64,000 nucleotides of DNA from Camelus ferus (lineage: Eukaryota). A model generated the notes under the pieces. That model was given only the letters and a program-made list of their open reading frames with translations, did not search any database and was not told the origin of the DNA. The DNA is taken from assembly GCF_009834535.1 (NCBI RefSeq), contig NC_045696.1, positions 72,294,001-72,358,000 of the forward strand. The letters run 5' to 3'. This document shows, one piece after another, positions 49,593 through 63,700 of this stretch (within the stretch, counting starts at the first letter, position 1; the number at the start of each line of letters is the position of its first letter). A program made the position numbers and the translations under genes.

Positions 49593-50437
49593 CTGCTTAG
49601 ATACTTTAGATTGGTCTGATTCTCAGTTCAGGCTATGTCAGGGCCCTATTACTCTTCCTCATTTGCTATTTAAAAATTTTATGGTCTTATAATGTCTGCA
49701 TCCATCTCTCATAGGTTCTAAAGTTTGTGCAAACAATTTGTACTAGACAAATTGAAATCAGTTACCTATTGATGAATGAATAGATGACTAGTTTCCTTCT
49801 GACATTCTCTCCAATGTGTGCTACAAGAAAATCATTTCCAGGAGCCAGAAGAAACTACCCAGTGGTAGTGAAGAGCTAGTCCCCTGTCTCTTTTGTTCTA
49901 ATGAAACAACTGAGTTTCTAAGAATATTTGGTTGTCAAAATAATTGTCTCAATAGCTTAGAGGTTAGAGTTTCAGATTTATATAACATAGCTATTTTTTT
50001 CCTTACAGGAGTTTAAATAATAACATTAAAAATTATAAATATGATGTTTGACTAAACTGCACGAAAATAAATCTAATGTCTCTTTTTCACTTCTCTTGAA
50101 AACACAAAGTCAGGAATCTTAACTCTCTTAGCACTTCCATTATGATTAACAAAGCACAACGCTGAGATAATAGTCCACTTCCCTCAACAGAATTGCAGCA
50201 CAAATCACAACCATCATGATAAATAGAGACTATGATGTCACAGAAGCAGCAAGGTCCCGGTTATATTACAACTAGTGGAAGATACTATATTCACTTCTAC
50301 CTAATTTACTTCATTGCATCTCATCAACCCACTAATTCATTTCTTCAACAAATACTTCTTGAGTGCTTAGTGTCAGCACTGTGTTAGGTACTAGGTTGAA
50401 CAAAACAGTCCTAAACCCCGTCTTCATGAAGCTTTGC

Positions 50438-50656
50438 TAGCTGTGCTAGAGCCAGCTCCTACTGACTGGTTGAGAGCCTGTTGTGAAATGTTAGGAACTT
50501 TGTGAGCATTATAATTGGCAACGGTGAGAGTATTTATACACAAAAATGGGTTAACACTAAAAAAATCAGGGCTTTCTTTGTTGTTTCTTTTCTCTTCCAC
50601 TGCTCTGTCTATTTAAATGGAGGGCTGATTGTTAAACACCGACCAGCACGTCACTG
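50438..50656. mobile_element. MER63-like hAT element
   Basis: tgtgctagagccagctc...gagagcc...gttaaacaccgaccagcacgtcactg. Confidence 0.6.
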
Positions 50657-51629
50657 AGTTTACAGAGGTGCCTCTTGACTGAGTTACACTTCCTGCCTCT
50701 CTACCACCACACAAGGGCCCCACAACACCAATTTACCTTGCTTTTTACAAAAAATAGCTTCTTCGAGTGTTATGAAGGAATCAAATATAAGGTATTTTAG
50801 TTGACACATATTATAGGTTGCTGGCTATCTAAAGAAATCCAAAGTGAAACTTTTAAAGGAAACTCTGCAATGTTAAAAAAAATTTCTCATTTATACTTAG
50901 CTATGTAAGATGCAGGTAATAATAGCACCCCCCTCATAGGGTTGTTGTGGGGATTAAATGAGCTAATATGTGTAAAGAACTTTGGGAATTGCCTAGCACA
51001 GAGTCACAAAGATTATACAACATACAAGTCAAGGGCCACCCTGTTCTTATTTTACATGATATATGCAGATGAATTTTCTTTGTGGTACTGATAATATTGA
51101 AGGTAAGTAGGAAATTTCAGCTGTATCTCTCAGCTCCATTCAATAAGCTAAAATGACCTCTTTAATTTAGAAAGAAGCTTAAAGAATTTTAGATCTGGAA
51201 TCTTAACTGCTGGAAGAAAGTTAAGAAAGGCAGTATCATGTCTTTGGAGCCAGAAGAAATGCTGCAGCTGTTCCTTTTTTTTCCATCTGACAGTATTAAG
51301 GTGGTTTTTTTTTTTTTTTTAATGAAAAACCTTACTCTTTTTTCCTTTTTGTTATTTCATTAGCTTTCCTAAATGAGTTAGGGCACTCTGAGTATGCCAC
51401 TCCTGATTATGGCTCCCTTATTCCACAAGAAGAACACAGAAACGAGAAGGGGGCCAGAGAGCCTCTGATGGGCTACTAATCTTAGGATTTTGAAATCTAG
51501 AGTCTCACCTCTGGCAGAATTCTTCAGTCTTTACAAAGATAAAGAAAATATTTTATTAACCTATTTAATTTATTTAACCTATTTTTATATTTATTAACCT
51601 ATTTTATATACTAGAAGGTTTTCCTCTCT

Positions 51630-52135
51630 CTGTTGAAGGTAATTTGTCACATGCAGTTCCTATATGTATTTTGTTAGATTTATGACCACATTGTTCTTCT
51701 TCTTGGTAGTATTGTAAAGGGTATTGTTTCACAATTTCATATCCAAGTTGTTCGTAGCTAGCATGTAGGAAAGCAATGACTTTTGTATATTATTCTTATT
51801 TCCTGCATCCTTGCTATAATCACTATTAGTTCCATAAGTTTTTCTTTTTTTTGGTAGGACTCTTCAGAGTTCTTTACATTAACAATCACGTCATCTGCAA
51901 ATAAAGACAGCTTTATTTTTTCCTTTCTAATCAGTGCATCTTTTATTTATTTTTCTTGTGTTATTGCACTAGCTAGGACTTTGAATCGGAGTGATGAGAG
52001 AGGATATCTTTGCAGTGTTACGATCTTGGGGGGAAAGTCCCCTCTCTCTCATGATTAAGTATGAAGTTAGCTATAGGTTTTTCATGTATATTCTTTTTCA
52101 GATGTAAGTTCCCTTCTAGTTCTCATTTTCTGAGA
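51630..52135 (-). mobile_element. Old L1 ORF2 fragment
   Basis: tcatctgcaaataaagacag...ttattgcactagctaggact. Confidence 0.75.
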
Positions 52136-54379
52136 TGTAAGAATGTAAATGATTTGTTTTAATCTAATCTATTGAGAAAATTTATTTACGGTCATTCCTC
52201 TCAGGGCCGGGGTGGTTTGGAGGCGGTAGAGTGGAAAAAGGGACATTCCACCCTTGATCCCATGATGACTAGTCCCTGAGTCATCTCTCTGCTGTTTTCA
52301 TCCTCCACCCCTTGTCATAAAACCAGAGATCTGTAGCAGCTGCATTTGGGAAAGAGGCAGCGTGAGACGGAGTAATGAACTTTCTTTTAAATCTGAAGAG
52401 CTGCCACTTCTTATCTGTGTGAACCTGGATGAGTCATAAAATTTCGTTTCTAAAGTCAGAAGCTGAAGTGATGTAAACTTTAAAGTACTCTACAAATTTA
52501 GACTATAAATTCTTAGAGGGTGGGATCCATATCAGTTCATTTTTGAATCCCCTAAGTAGTCTGGGGCACAGTAAATGCTTACTATGTATCTAATTATTGT
52601 TATTGCATCCATTTATCCTCCAAGATCTCGTTGCTTGCCCTTGGGCTGTGCGTATGCGGTGCTAACTAGTGGGTATTACTGCATGGGTTACCACAATTGG
52701 GTTCTATGACATTGGACATGTCATTCAAACTCCCTAACAAATAAGTGGACTGTTTGGATGATTATGTGAGAGAACCCGGGTAAAGCACTTAGCAAAATAT
52801 TAACTCATGGAAAATGCTCATTAAATGCTAACTGTTATTTTTATTTGGGTAATACCTTCATTAAGGAACTAGAGAACTAGATAGTGAAAGCCATGGGGGT
52901 TTTGGTTTATTTATAGTTGTTTTTTGGTGTCTCCTTAAGGGAAATTTTTCATTTGCTCATGATAATAGAGGGACAAAGTAAGGGGGAAATGTGGGCCAAA
53001 GTAAGGGGGAAATGTGGCCCAAAGCTGACAGCTGGCCCAAATTGCCATTTGCGCCAATTCACTGGCTTTTTTCTTGTCCTGTCCACTAGGTGACACTGTT
53101 TACTCATCTATGCTACTCTGTTTAGCCCTTTCTATAAACCATTCAAAAGTAGCTTATTTTGTTTGGGGTAATGGTGGTGGTAGTAATGGGGGGTGGGGGT
53201 GGGGGTGGGAGTGAGGGAGTATGTTAGAAAAGAAAATATAAATGAACTGTCAGTGACCAATCTTTGAGGTACAATCACGGGCCATTGTCACCTATGGTTA
53301 TGTGACTTTTATGGAGTTAAGTTTCAAACTACTTTTTAAACTGATTTTAAGAGCAGCATTCAATTTCCATTTCTATTCCAAGAAATGAAAGAAAACAGGA
53401 ATTGCTCCCCTGCCCAAACCTTCACGAAAACAAAGGATAAAATAAAAATGTTGTGGCTTTGAATGTAGACATGAGTAGATGCTCTTAAATGTCAATGTTC
53501 CCCTCACTTCAACATTAGTTAATGAGGGAATCAACCACTAATAAGCAGTTGAAACAGTTTCTAGGCTACGCTTAAGTTGGGCCTTCACATCTAATAAAAA
53601 TAGTTATGCAGAGAAGAAAACAAATGCAGTGTGTTCATTTGGATGTGAAGTTTGCAGAGGCCCTCCTTGACTTGCAGGTTAGTTTTGATCCCATTTCTGT
53701 GTTGCTGTATTGCCACATACTCAGCAGAAGCTGTCATTTATCTGGATACCACCTGGTTAAACCCGTGATGATTCCAAAATGGCATATGTAAGATTTGGTA
53801 GAAACAAAATTCAAAATGATTTTCTTCCCTTGCATTTCCAGGCTACAAGCCAGGGGAAGCAATGTCAACCATATCAAACCAAAGGATCAAGAAATCCAAG
53901 ATATTGTCCATTTCCTTGGAGTTTGGGGTCCGTCTTTTCTATTCATCATCATCTCTTCGTTGTCCATTTTAACCTGAAAATTAACTTGTTTATACTGCTT
54001 GTTTAGGGCTTAGATTATTTTTGCCCTTGGAAGTAACCAAAATTCTCTAACAAATATTTCCCAGTTCAGAATTTCCCTAAAGCTTTCCTGGCCTCTCCTG
54101 CTAATGAGCTCCAATTTTCTTCGCTTTTCTGTGTGTCTACCAGCATGAACCACCTTGAGTTGGTGTGTAATAAACAACTAAATATAGTCACAGTTTTGTC
54201 AGCTAACTTTTGGAAGACTGTCACAAGGCCCCCTAAAACAGGAATTAAGCAGATTTAAAATGAACTGGCAAACTCTTGAGCTTGGGAAAAGAGGACTTTT
54301 TAATACGTTGTGAGCAGTAGTTACCACAACATCTTCTACACATTTATGCTCACTTTATTTAAGTTACAGTAATAACTTT

Positions 54380-54980
54380 AATGATTGTTAGCAAAGCACT
54401 GTTAAATGCTCAGCAAACCCTCTCTGAAATGGGCTTTTTCCAGAAAATTCTTAATGTGGAACCAACACTGTGTAATCAGCAGTTGCGTGAAGAGGTTTGG
54501 GCAGCAGAGCAGATAACAGCAGCCTCTGCTAGCCTCGCAGAATGGCCGTGGCTGAAACATGCATTTTGTTCCTCGATTCTGTGTAGAGCCCCCATGACAT
54601 CTGGGATTTACTTATTCTCTCTCTAGCTTGCGTGGTCCTCTGAGGAGGAAATGAGAGTGCAGGAAAAAAGAGAGGAGGGAAAAGGGAGACAGGAGGGGGA
54701 TATAGAGAAATTCAGGGCTGGCTTCAGTACATTTGAATTCTAACTGTTGGGGCATTCTCCTAAGTAGTGAATACTAATTATGCCGAGTGTGTCAAATCGT
54801 GCCCTGTTTTTGTAAATCAAACAAAAGTTCCCAGGAGAGGTGGAGGCCACCAAGCCTGTTTCATTTATGACGCTACCAGAATTGAAAGCTGGGATTCAAG
54901 AGGGTATAGGTTTTGTGAATTTAATTTTATGACATATGCCTTGTACCTTCAATGCCCTGCCATAAGGGCTGCAGGCTTTA
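54380..54980. promoter_or_regulatory. Candidate conserved non-coding element
   Basis: Unique sequence with locally elevated CpG and GATAA, TAAATCAA and TTTATGA motifs. Confidence 0.3.
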
Positions 54981-56284
54981 CTATAATGCTTTCATTCGAT
55001 CAGTTAATATGCTATTAGGGATGGCTATCCCACCTTTTAGGGATATTGAGAATAAATAAATAAATTTGAGGAACATGTTTTGTAGTGTTTTCTTCCAGGG
55101 AAAATGAGCAATAGATCATGGGGCACAGATGGTGTTGCTCTCATCAAAAGTGCCTATAGATACTTACCAGACTTTAGCTAGGTATTTGTATACCATCTAT
55201 TGCTGAAATTGTAACAGTGCTGCTTCCAAGAGGAAGCTTTGACATTCCATGTTACATTGGAGCACCATAGGCCCTCAATGATCCTGTCTTAGCTTTTAGA
55301 AGAAAGAAGTTTTTCTTTCTGTTACCAGATGGATCTTTCTAAAGCACCCTTGCTCTTCAAATCATCAGCAGTTTGCTGCTGTTTACTAACACCTCAACTT
55401 AGTGGAGACAAAAGCCTTCCCCAACCTAGCAGTGCCTTTTCCAGTTTTCATGCTCATGTTCCACTATGTCTCACACACTTACCAGATGGGACTCTGGATT
55501 TGGCTCTATGTCTTTGTTGAAGACTTTCACTCTTCCTGGGATGTTCTCAGAGACTCTCCTCCTTAAAACCCATCTTTTACCTTTAGAATACTGCTCACAA
55601 CTAAAAGAGCAGTTTTAAAATACTGCCTCTTCAACAAGTCCTCCCTGAGTCCCCTCTGCCTTTAGCCAGAAGTAATTTTTCATTTTTTGGAACACTGTAC
55701 CTCTTTAATATCACTTGAATCATGCTTTGGTTGGTAGGTACCTGTGTATGTAGCATCTTTCCTACAAGATTACAAGCTCCCAGGCATCAGGTATTTAATT
55801 TGCATCTGCCTCAGTGATTTTCACAGCACCACGTACAGAATATGTGGTCATGAATCTTTTGAGGTAAATAAATAGCATAAAGCATATACACTGCCTTGCT
55901 GGACTAACTTCAATAGCCATGTCTAAGGGCTCATAACACAAAAGGACAGTGTCAAGAATAAAGTAATTAGGAGTATATTTCTTTATATTGGTTTTGCTTC
56001 AATGATATTTTTTAAACTTACCTTTTTTCAGTGTGTTTGACACATAGTGGGTGCTCAGTCAACCAGCTTATGGCAGTAACGAATCAAATGAGATTCCATA
56101 ACAAGGCAAAGAGAGCTTTTAATCAGACTTTTTTGAATTTATGAACTGAAGAACAATTTTCCAGATTTACATGGAAACTGGAAAGCTAAAAAGGCAGAAT
56201 GAATCATTTCCATTCTTGATGCACATGAATCTGTGGATAGTTGACAGTAGAGGATGTGCAACATTTAAAAATGTGATATGAATT

Positions 56285-56710
56285 AATACTAACACTTATT
56301 GAGCACTTGTTGTATGCCAGGCACTCTGCGCATCAGCATACTTGCATTACTTCGTTTGGTTTCCCATTAGTTACTATTTCCATTTATAGATAAGAAAAAT
56401 GAGTTTTAGAAAAGTTAAGTGAATTGCCCAAAGACAGTGGCAGAACTGAGATTTGAATGCAGGCTGACTAACTCCAGGGCATGTAGCAATCTGCCTCCTT
56501 GCACAAAGTTATGTCCTTCCAGGAAAGAATATAATATAGTACATCTTAGACAGTGTTAGAACTTTTCATTCGGCCAAAATGTTCTCTTCTCAGTGCTCCT
56601 ATTTTACAGATGAAAGAACTGAGGCCCCAGTGAGGTTAAACAACTTTCCAGGGTCACAGAGCTAGTGAGATCTGGGATTAGACCACAGATACCTAGACTC
56701 CCAGTCTGAA
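56285..56710 (-). mobile_element. Two MIR fragments (representative; many more MIR/L2 relics at 27-30, 35, 40-44, 50-58 and 63 kb)
   Basis: cattatagataagaaaaatgag-like and ttttacagatgaaagaactgaggccc MIR cores. Confidence 0.75.
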
Positions 56711-59083
56711 GGGTGCCCTCCCTGCTACAAGCTGATGTGTTATCACACAGATTTGGATGTACATGAATCTAGCTAGGTTCCCTTAAACATAGGCCCTCTG
56801 TGCAGTGAAAGCCAGAGGCAGCTCAGCTGACCCTAGATGGTCTTAGTGCTGTCTGCTTTATAAAGAAGCCTGACTACCTCTTTTATGATTTATTGACTAA
56901 TCTAGTAGTACTCATTTCAATTACCAGAGGCCAAGACATTCCCTCTTCTGTGGCTGACTTTGCCTTCTTGTACAAGAACCAGGGTCTGAGAGCTGGCCTG
57001 GGTTGCCTGTGTGGTTCCATTTGGAATTCTCTCTGCTACTTGAGGGCCACAGGGTCTAAAATATCCACAATGAAATGTCTCCTAGCATTAAGGGATTTTC
57101 TAAGTCACAGATTCTGAGATTGTGGAAACAAAACAAAATAAATGAATAGAGATAACAAGGATGACAACAACATAACAAAGCACTTGGAATCAGAAAGCTA
57201 GAGGACCAGGCACCAAGGAGTCACGACTTGAGGGTGAGTGCTGGCTGCTTCCTTCCGAGTTAGGCAGGGGATGGCCCTGCTTGTGTTCCACCAGGAAGAT
57301 TATAAGCACTTAGGCTTCCAGATATTGGGATGAAATTTGAAATGAGAAATAACTGTCTCTTAATGTCAGCTGATCATGGAAAAGCTACTTAGTCTGTTTG
57401 GACCTCAGTTTCTTTTTCTGTAAAATGATATAAATCTTATGAGGCCGCTGTGGTGATTAGGTTAAATTGGACAATGTATCTGAAAGCTCTTAGTAAATGC
57501 AGTGCTCTGCACACACCTATTCTCCATTAATAACCAACTGATGCTTTTAGGAGGTCCTCATGAAAATGAAAATATAAATTTGGGGAGGGCAAACCAACTT
57601 AGTTATTTTTATATCCATACTACCTTAAAAAGTCAGTTTTATGTAAAAGGATGACTCTGGGTGAATAGGGCATAGGTAGGGGTAGGGGCATTTCTTTGGT
57701 TGGGGTGAGTGGGAGACAAAAGGAAAATAAAAAGTCAGGAGCTAGAGCTTCATCTAAGCAAAGGTCTCAATGGACAAACAATGTGAAGGCTATGTGTCGG
57801 GGTGCAGGGGATGAGTAAGAAGGTGTCAGTGAGGGCAAACATTTCTCGTATCACTGTCTGGCCTAGGGCTATCCTTTTGCAGTCTGAGTTACCTTAACGT
57901 GGTGTTTCTCAGTCACTGGTCTTTCAAGCTGCTGGCATCAAAATTACTATGGTGACCTAGCAACTTAAAGATCTTGTAGTCATCAGATAAGAGATCCCAG
58001 TAACAGGAACACTGGCAGTGCGAAGGGAGAAGAAAAATTGAAATGAGTTTTAACCATCATCTACATCTTCCAATTGTGTTTTGAATATCTATGACTTCTG
58101 TTTGGGGACGTGAAGTTAGGTTATATTTTCCATTTTCCATTTCAGAGAAAAAGAAACTTGAATTATGAGGGTGGATTTACCTTTATGTATAGGCAGACAG
58201 GTAATAGTAATCATTATAGTATCTACCATGTACATTATAACTTTCTTACCCAAGTATCAAATCAGGGTTTATAAAACCTTACAATTGAAAGTAGAGATAT
58301 TTTTTATCCTCTCTATATATTCAAGCCATCTTAAATAAAAATGAAATCTCATGCATCTAAATGAGATTCCCACAGTCCCTTGAAAACTCACTTTAATATT
58401 TTGCTAGTCTTCCCACTACATACTAAGTCTCACTGCTATTAATTTTTCTCTAATTGAAGATAGAGACTAGCTTATTGCCACACTTCTGCGGGTAATGTTT
58501 TGTGTCATATTCATATTTGCATTCCCATCACTTACCATTGTCCTCGGCATAAAGCAAGTATTCAATTAGTGTTTGTTGAATGAATGAATCAAAAAAAATG
58601 CATGAATGAATGCTTCTTGTTTCTAATTTACTCTATTGGTGTGTCTCCTTTTTAGTCAGAAAAATTCTAGTTCTTTAATGTTTCATAAGGAATCTGCCTT
58701 CTTTTGAACATCTGAACCTTTGATTGGCTCTTTACTCAATTCTCTCTAACTTTTTCACATTTCCTTTTGGTTTGAAGCTCAGAATTGGAGATCAGTGAGC
58801 CTATCAGGTAAAAATGCTAAAACATTTTGTCACTTATAGAATGGAGTAAAAAGCTTCAATTTTAAGGAAAGGATGGCTATAACTGACTAAGGTCTGGCTT
58901 GTGGGAGGTTTTGGGCCTTAAAGCGTTAGAATTGAAAGGGACTGCAGAAATTATTTCCATGTATTTTTGTTCTTTGTTTTTGGTTTTGTTGGCTTGTTTA
59001 TTTTGATGTAATGATAATGCAGCTTAAGGCAAAAGTATTTATCTCTTAGAAATATTCATTTACAGATTGAATGTAATGATGTC

Positions 59084-59839
59084 TATGGAAGCAAACTAAA
59101 TGTCCGTTGACAGATGATCAGATAAAGAAGATGTGGTATTTATATATGACGGAATACTACTCGGTCATAAAAAGAATGAAATAATGCCATTTGCAGCAAC
59201 ATGGATGGACAAAGAGATTGCCTAATAAGTGAAGTAAGCCAGAAGGAGAAAGAAAAATACCATATGATATCATTTATATGTGGAATCTAAAAAAAAAAAA
59301 AAAAAAAAGACACCAAGAACCTATTTATAAAACAGAGACAGACTTATAGACATAGAAAACAAACTTATGGTTAGCAGAGGGGAAAGGGGGTGGGGAGGGA
59401 TAAATTGGAAGTTTGGGTTTTGCAGATACTAACTACTGAATATAAAATAGACCAACAACAAGGTCATACTGTATAGCACAGGGAATTATATTCAATACCT
59501 TGTAATAGCCTATAATGAAAAAGAGTATGAAAATGAATATATATATACATACACATATATATATATAAAACAACTGAATCACTATGTTTGCACACCAGAA
59601 AATAATACAACATTGTAAATCAACTACACTTCAATTAAAAAATAGATAGACAACAGGTCATATTGTATAGCACAGGGAACTATATTTAACATCTTATAAT
59701 AACCTATATTGAAAAAGAATATGAAAAGAAATATATATATGCATAACTGAATCACTATGCTATACACCAGAAACTAACACAACATTGTAAATCAACTATA
59801 GTTAAATTAAAAAATTAAAATAATAATAATAATAAAATT
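59084..59839 (+). mobile_element. Camelid-like L1 3' end with a tandem second copy of the terminal ~175 nt
   Basis: Degenerate TSD aatg(ta/tt)atgat(g/a)tc at 59070-59083 and 59840-59853. Confidence 0.88.
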
Positions 59840-59937
59840 AATGTTATGATATCCAGAGTTTGCTTGAAAAAAGTCAGCAGGAAAGGATCAGGGAGAAATT
59901 AAGGCACTACAGATGAAAAGAGATATAGTGGTAATTT

Positions 59938-60786
59938 CAGAGAAATGCAAATCAAAACTACAATGAGGTATCACCTCACACCAGTCAGAATGACCATCAT
60001 TAAAATGTTCACAAACGATTCATGCTGGAGAGGCTATGGAGAAAAGGGAACCCTCCTACACTGTTGGTGGGAATGTAGTTTGGTGCAGCCATTATGGAAA
60101 ATGGTATGGAGATTCCTCAAAATACTAAAAATAGACATACCATATGATCCAGCAATCCCACTCCTGGGCATATATCCTGAGAGAATTCTAGTTTGAAAAG
60201 ATACATTCACCCCAATGTTCATAGCAACACTATTTACAATAGCCAAGACATAGGAACAACCTAAATGTCCATCAACAGATGACTGGATAAAGAAGTTGTG
60301 GTATATTTATACAATGGAATACTACTCAGGCATAAAAATGAATAAAATAATGCCATTTGTAGCAACATGGATGGACACGGAAATTGTCCTTCTAAATGAA
60401 TTAAGTCAGAAAGAGAAAGAAAAATACCATGTGATATCACTTATATGTGGAACCTAAAAAAAAAGGACACAAATGAACTTATTTACAAAACAGAAACAGA
60501 CTCACAGACATAGAAAACAAACTTATGGTTACCAGGGGGGAAGGGGGTGGGAAGGGATAAATTGGGAGCTCAAGATTTGCAGAGGCTATCTACTACATAT
60601 AAAATAGATAAATAACAAGTTTATACTGTATAGCACAGGGAACTATATTCAATATCTTGTAGTAACCTATAATGAAAAAGAATATGAAAATGAATATATG
60701 TATGTATAGGTGTGACTGAACTATTATGCTGTACATCAGAAACTGACACAACATTGTAAAGTGACTATACTTCAATTAAAAAAAAG
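59938..60786 (+). mobile_element. 5'-truncated camelid-like L1
   Basis: [18 protein letters not shown] atagtg(g/a)taattt at 59925-59937 and 60787-60799. Confidence 0.92.
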
Positions 60787-63700
60787 ATAGTGATAATTTT
60801 TGAAGCTGGGTTAACTGTACTATTCTCTCTACTTTTGTGAATGAGGTTTTTTTCTTTTTAATAATACAAAATCAGGAAAAATTAGATGAGAAAACCAAGA
60901 CCCAGATTGGTGAAGAGGCATGCATAACATCACAAAGCTAGATAACAGAGATCTTGGACTAGAAGGCAAGTCTATCTCCCACTCAAATGCTCTCTTCAGT
61001 ATATTATGTATTAGTTAGGCTTATTGTGCACTCTCTGTAGCCTTTACTCATGTCATCTTCATCTTGCTTATGATAATATTGCCATGCAAAGACCATTTAT
61101 GATTCTAGTCTACTTCCAACCTAACGTGGCTTACTATTCCTGTAATTTTAATAAGCACGAAGATTTCCCCAGTCCAGGTAACATTCAAAATAGAAAATAA
61201 TGTTGATATAACTCTTTAATAGTGTTCTTAGGGATGAAAATAAAACATTAACAGAGAACAAAACACACACATATGTGCAAGTAATTCTGACTGATAAACA
61301 GTCACTAAACATATTTAAACTTGTAAGTAAGAAATTGCAAATAACATAATATTGTAATCAACTATACTTTAATTAAAAAAAAGAAATTTCACATTGCAAC
61401 AGAAGCTAAATAGTGTCCCAGAAGTAATTGCTAATTTAAGTGTGTAATAAAATGATAAAATGCTTTGATAGGGCTCTGGCCTACAGAGCCTCTGTGATAT
61501 ATCCAGCAGCTTGGCAACCATCCAAAGCCCAGAGTGGCTTTAAGTTTGGAACGTCTATCTCATCAGAAGCCAGTACCATCTCAGGAATTTGCTTGTGCCC
61601 AGAACATTCAGGGTTACATGGTTTTACCCATGTTTCTCTTAAAAAAGAAAGGGCAAGCATCTCTTTATTTGGAGGAAAAGAACAGGGGTTGGTCTAAAGA
61701 AGAGAGGGGGTGGAAAACAATGTGTGTGTAGGAGTGAGGGGTGTCGAGAGGGAGGAAACTATTGGTGAGTTAACTCAGTCAGGTGTAGCCCTAAGATAAA
61801 TACCATGAAATGGTTAACAGCCAACTGCCAGAGTGTATAGTCCAGAATACAAGTCTGATAGTAGGAAACCTAAGTCTAGGTGTGGAGAAATGTTTCAGGG
61901 AGAACCTAACCAGGAAGTTACCCTCCTGTTCAGAACCAGGGGAGACCACATGTGAGATGGCTCTGTAAAACCAGTAAGTGCCATAAGGTGTTGGAAGTAC
62001 TAAGAAGGTATTCCTAAACTAATGTAGAATTCAAATAGCATTCACTTCCTTAAATAGGCTTCAAAACATTTTTTTTTTTGGATTATGTCTTTAAGTGATT
62101 GTACACATAGGCAACACACAGGTATTCTGTCCATTTTTTTCCCAATCAGACTTCTCTTTGTTTTAAGATGTGTGTCATCAGCATAAAATTATTTTTTTCT
62201 GATTATTTTTTCTTTGTACCCTCCAATTCTCAGGTGATATAAAACTTTTTAAGAGGTTAATGTTAACTATCGATTTCAATTTTAAACAAGTTTCTCAGGG
62301 AGAACCAGAAAGACATGAAAGCATAATTTCAAGTAAACTGTGTATTCATTTGAAGTTAAAAAAATAAAAACAAACCTTGCTCCATCCCCATCTAGTATGT
62401 GACTCTAGGTCACCATCCTTGGAACATTGTGTTTTGAGCTTTGGACTGGATTTGCTTCTGAGGTTAAGAGAAGTGTGTGGCAGATGTTGGGAGGCAGTTG
62501 GGGACAGGCGTGGGGAGCGGGGATGAAGGGGCTGCCAGATGTTGAGCGGGTGGGTGGAGTATGAGGATAAAAGCCTGCCAGATGTCTGCAGTACTGAGTG
62601 TTGGAGACCTGCTTTCGACAATCTTTGGAAGATGATTTATATCCTATCAGTAGGATCTCATAAAGGTCTTACTCCTCCCCAGCAAATGCTGAACCCAGGG
62701 TTCATATAAGCTATTTTCTGCATGGTTTCTTTCCTCGGATTATGTCTTTTTAAAAATTCAAGCTGAGGGTTATATGAATGAAAATACACAATAAACCAAT
62801 ATACTCATTTGTAAATAAAAGAGGGTGGGGGGGCTTTACATTTAAATCTGTTGTTCTGAATTATAAGGACAATCACCTTTTATTTTCTATTTATTTTATC
62901 TTTCCTATAAGGAATGATTTGCTCTTCTCTCTTCCCCACAATGAATTTAATAGATTTATTCATCAAGTTTTCTAAATTTAGACACCAAACTGATGTTTTT
63001 CTCCCACTGCTTAATTTTATTCTTAGCAGCACTTACATAAAGACAGGCAGTGAAAGATATGGCAAAATTACTAACTCGCTGTGACCTGGAATGCACTGAT
63101 AGAATAAAATAACAATAATGAAGATTGATATACCAGGGAGACTTAATACCATGTGCCCCTAATGAAATCTGTTTTATGCTTAGAGTTTTTCCCCACAGTG
63201 CTTTTGGCTACATGTTTCTTATGGTTTTTAGGAGTCTGTTTTTCCTAGTGATGCCTAAAATAGGCTCAATTCTTAGGCTAATAGATGAGCCACACAAAAG
63301 AAAATATGTGGATCTTGTAATTTCCTTGGATTTTGTCAACTGTACTGTTTTCTAGGACTAGATTTAATTACAGCAGGTAAAATTCTTCACTCTGCTCTTG
63401 TTTGAAAGTCTTAGAAATAATGGTATTTGGGGAGCTGAAGCGTGAACCAAGATTGGGAAGACTGAAAGAGAAGCTACATTTGTCCCAGTGGCCTCTCAAT
63501 TTTCAGAAAGCCAAGGCTCGTCATTTACCATGGACCACATGTAGCAGTGTTGATCATTGTTCCTCTAGATTGCACCGACACTCGTGTGTTCAGTAAATAA
63601 TTACCCAACACCTAATTACGGAGCACCTAGGAGCATGCTGCTAAGTTCTGGGACTATGTGGTGAAAGAAGTCCCTTCCTTCTTGGAAATCCTTGTCTATG

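Noticed and set aside
53188..53218. G-quadruplex-capable (GGGGGT)n run
   Set aside because: Common simple repeat with no supporting context.
59945..60196. ORFs such as [15 protein letters not shown] (also 21498-21731 and 30703-30918)
   Set aside because: These are L1 ORF2 C-terminal remnants, not host genes.
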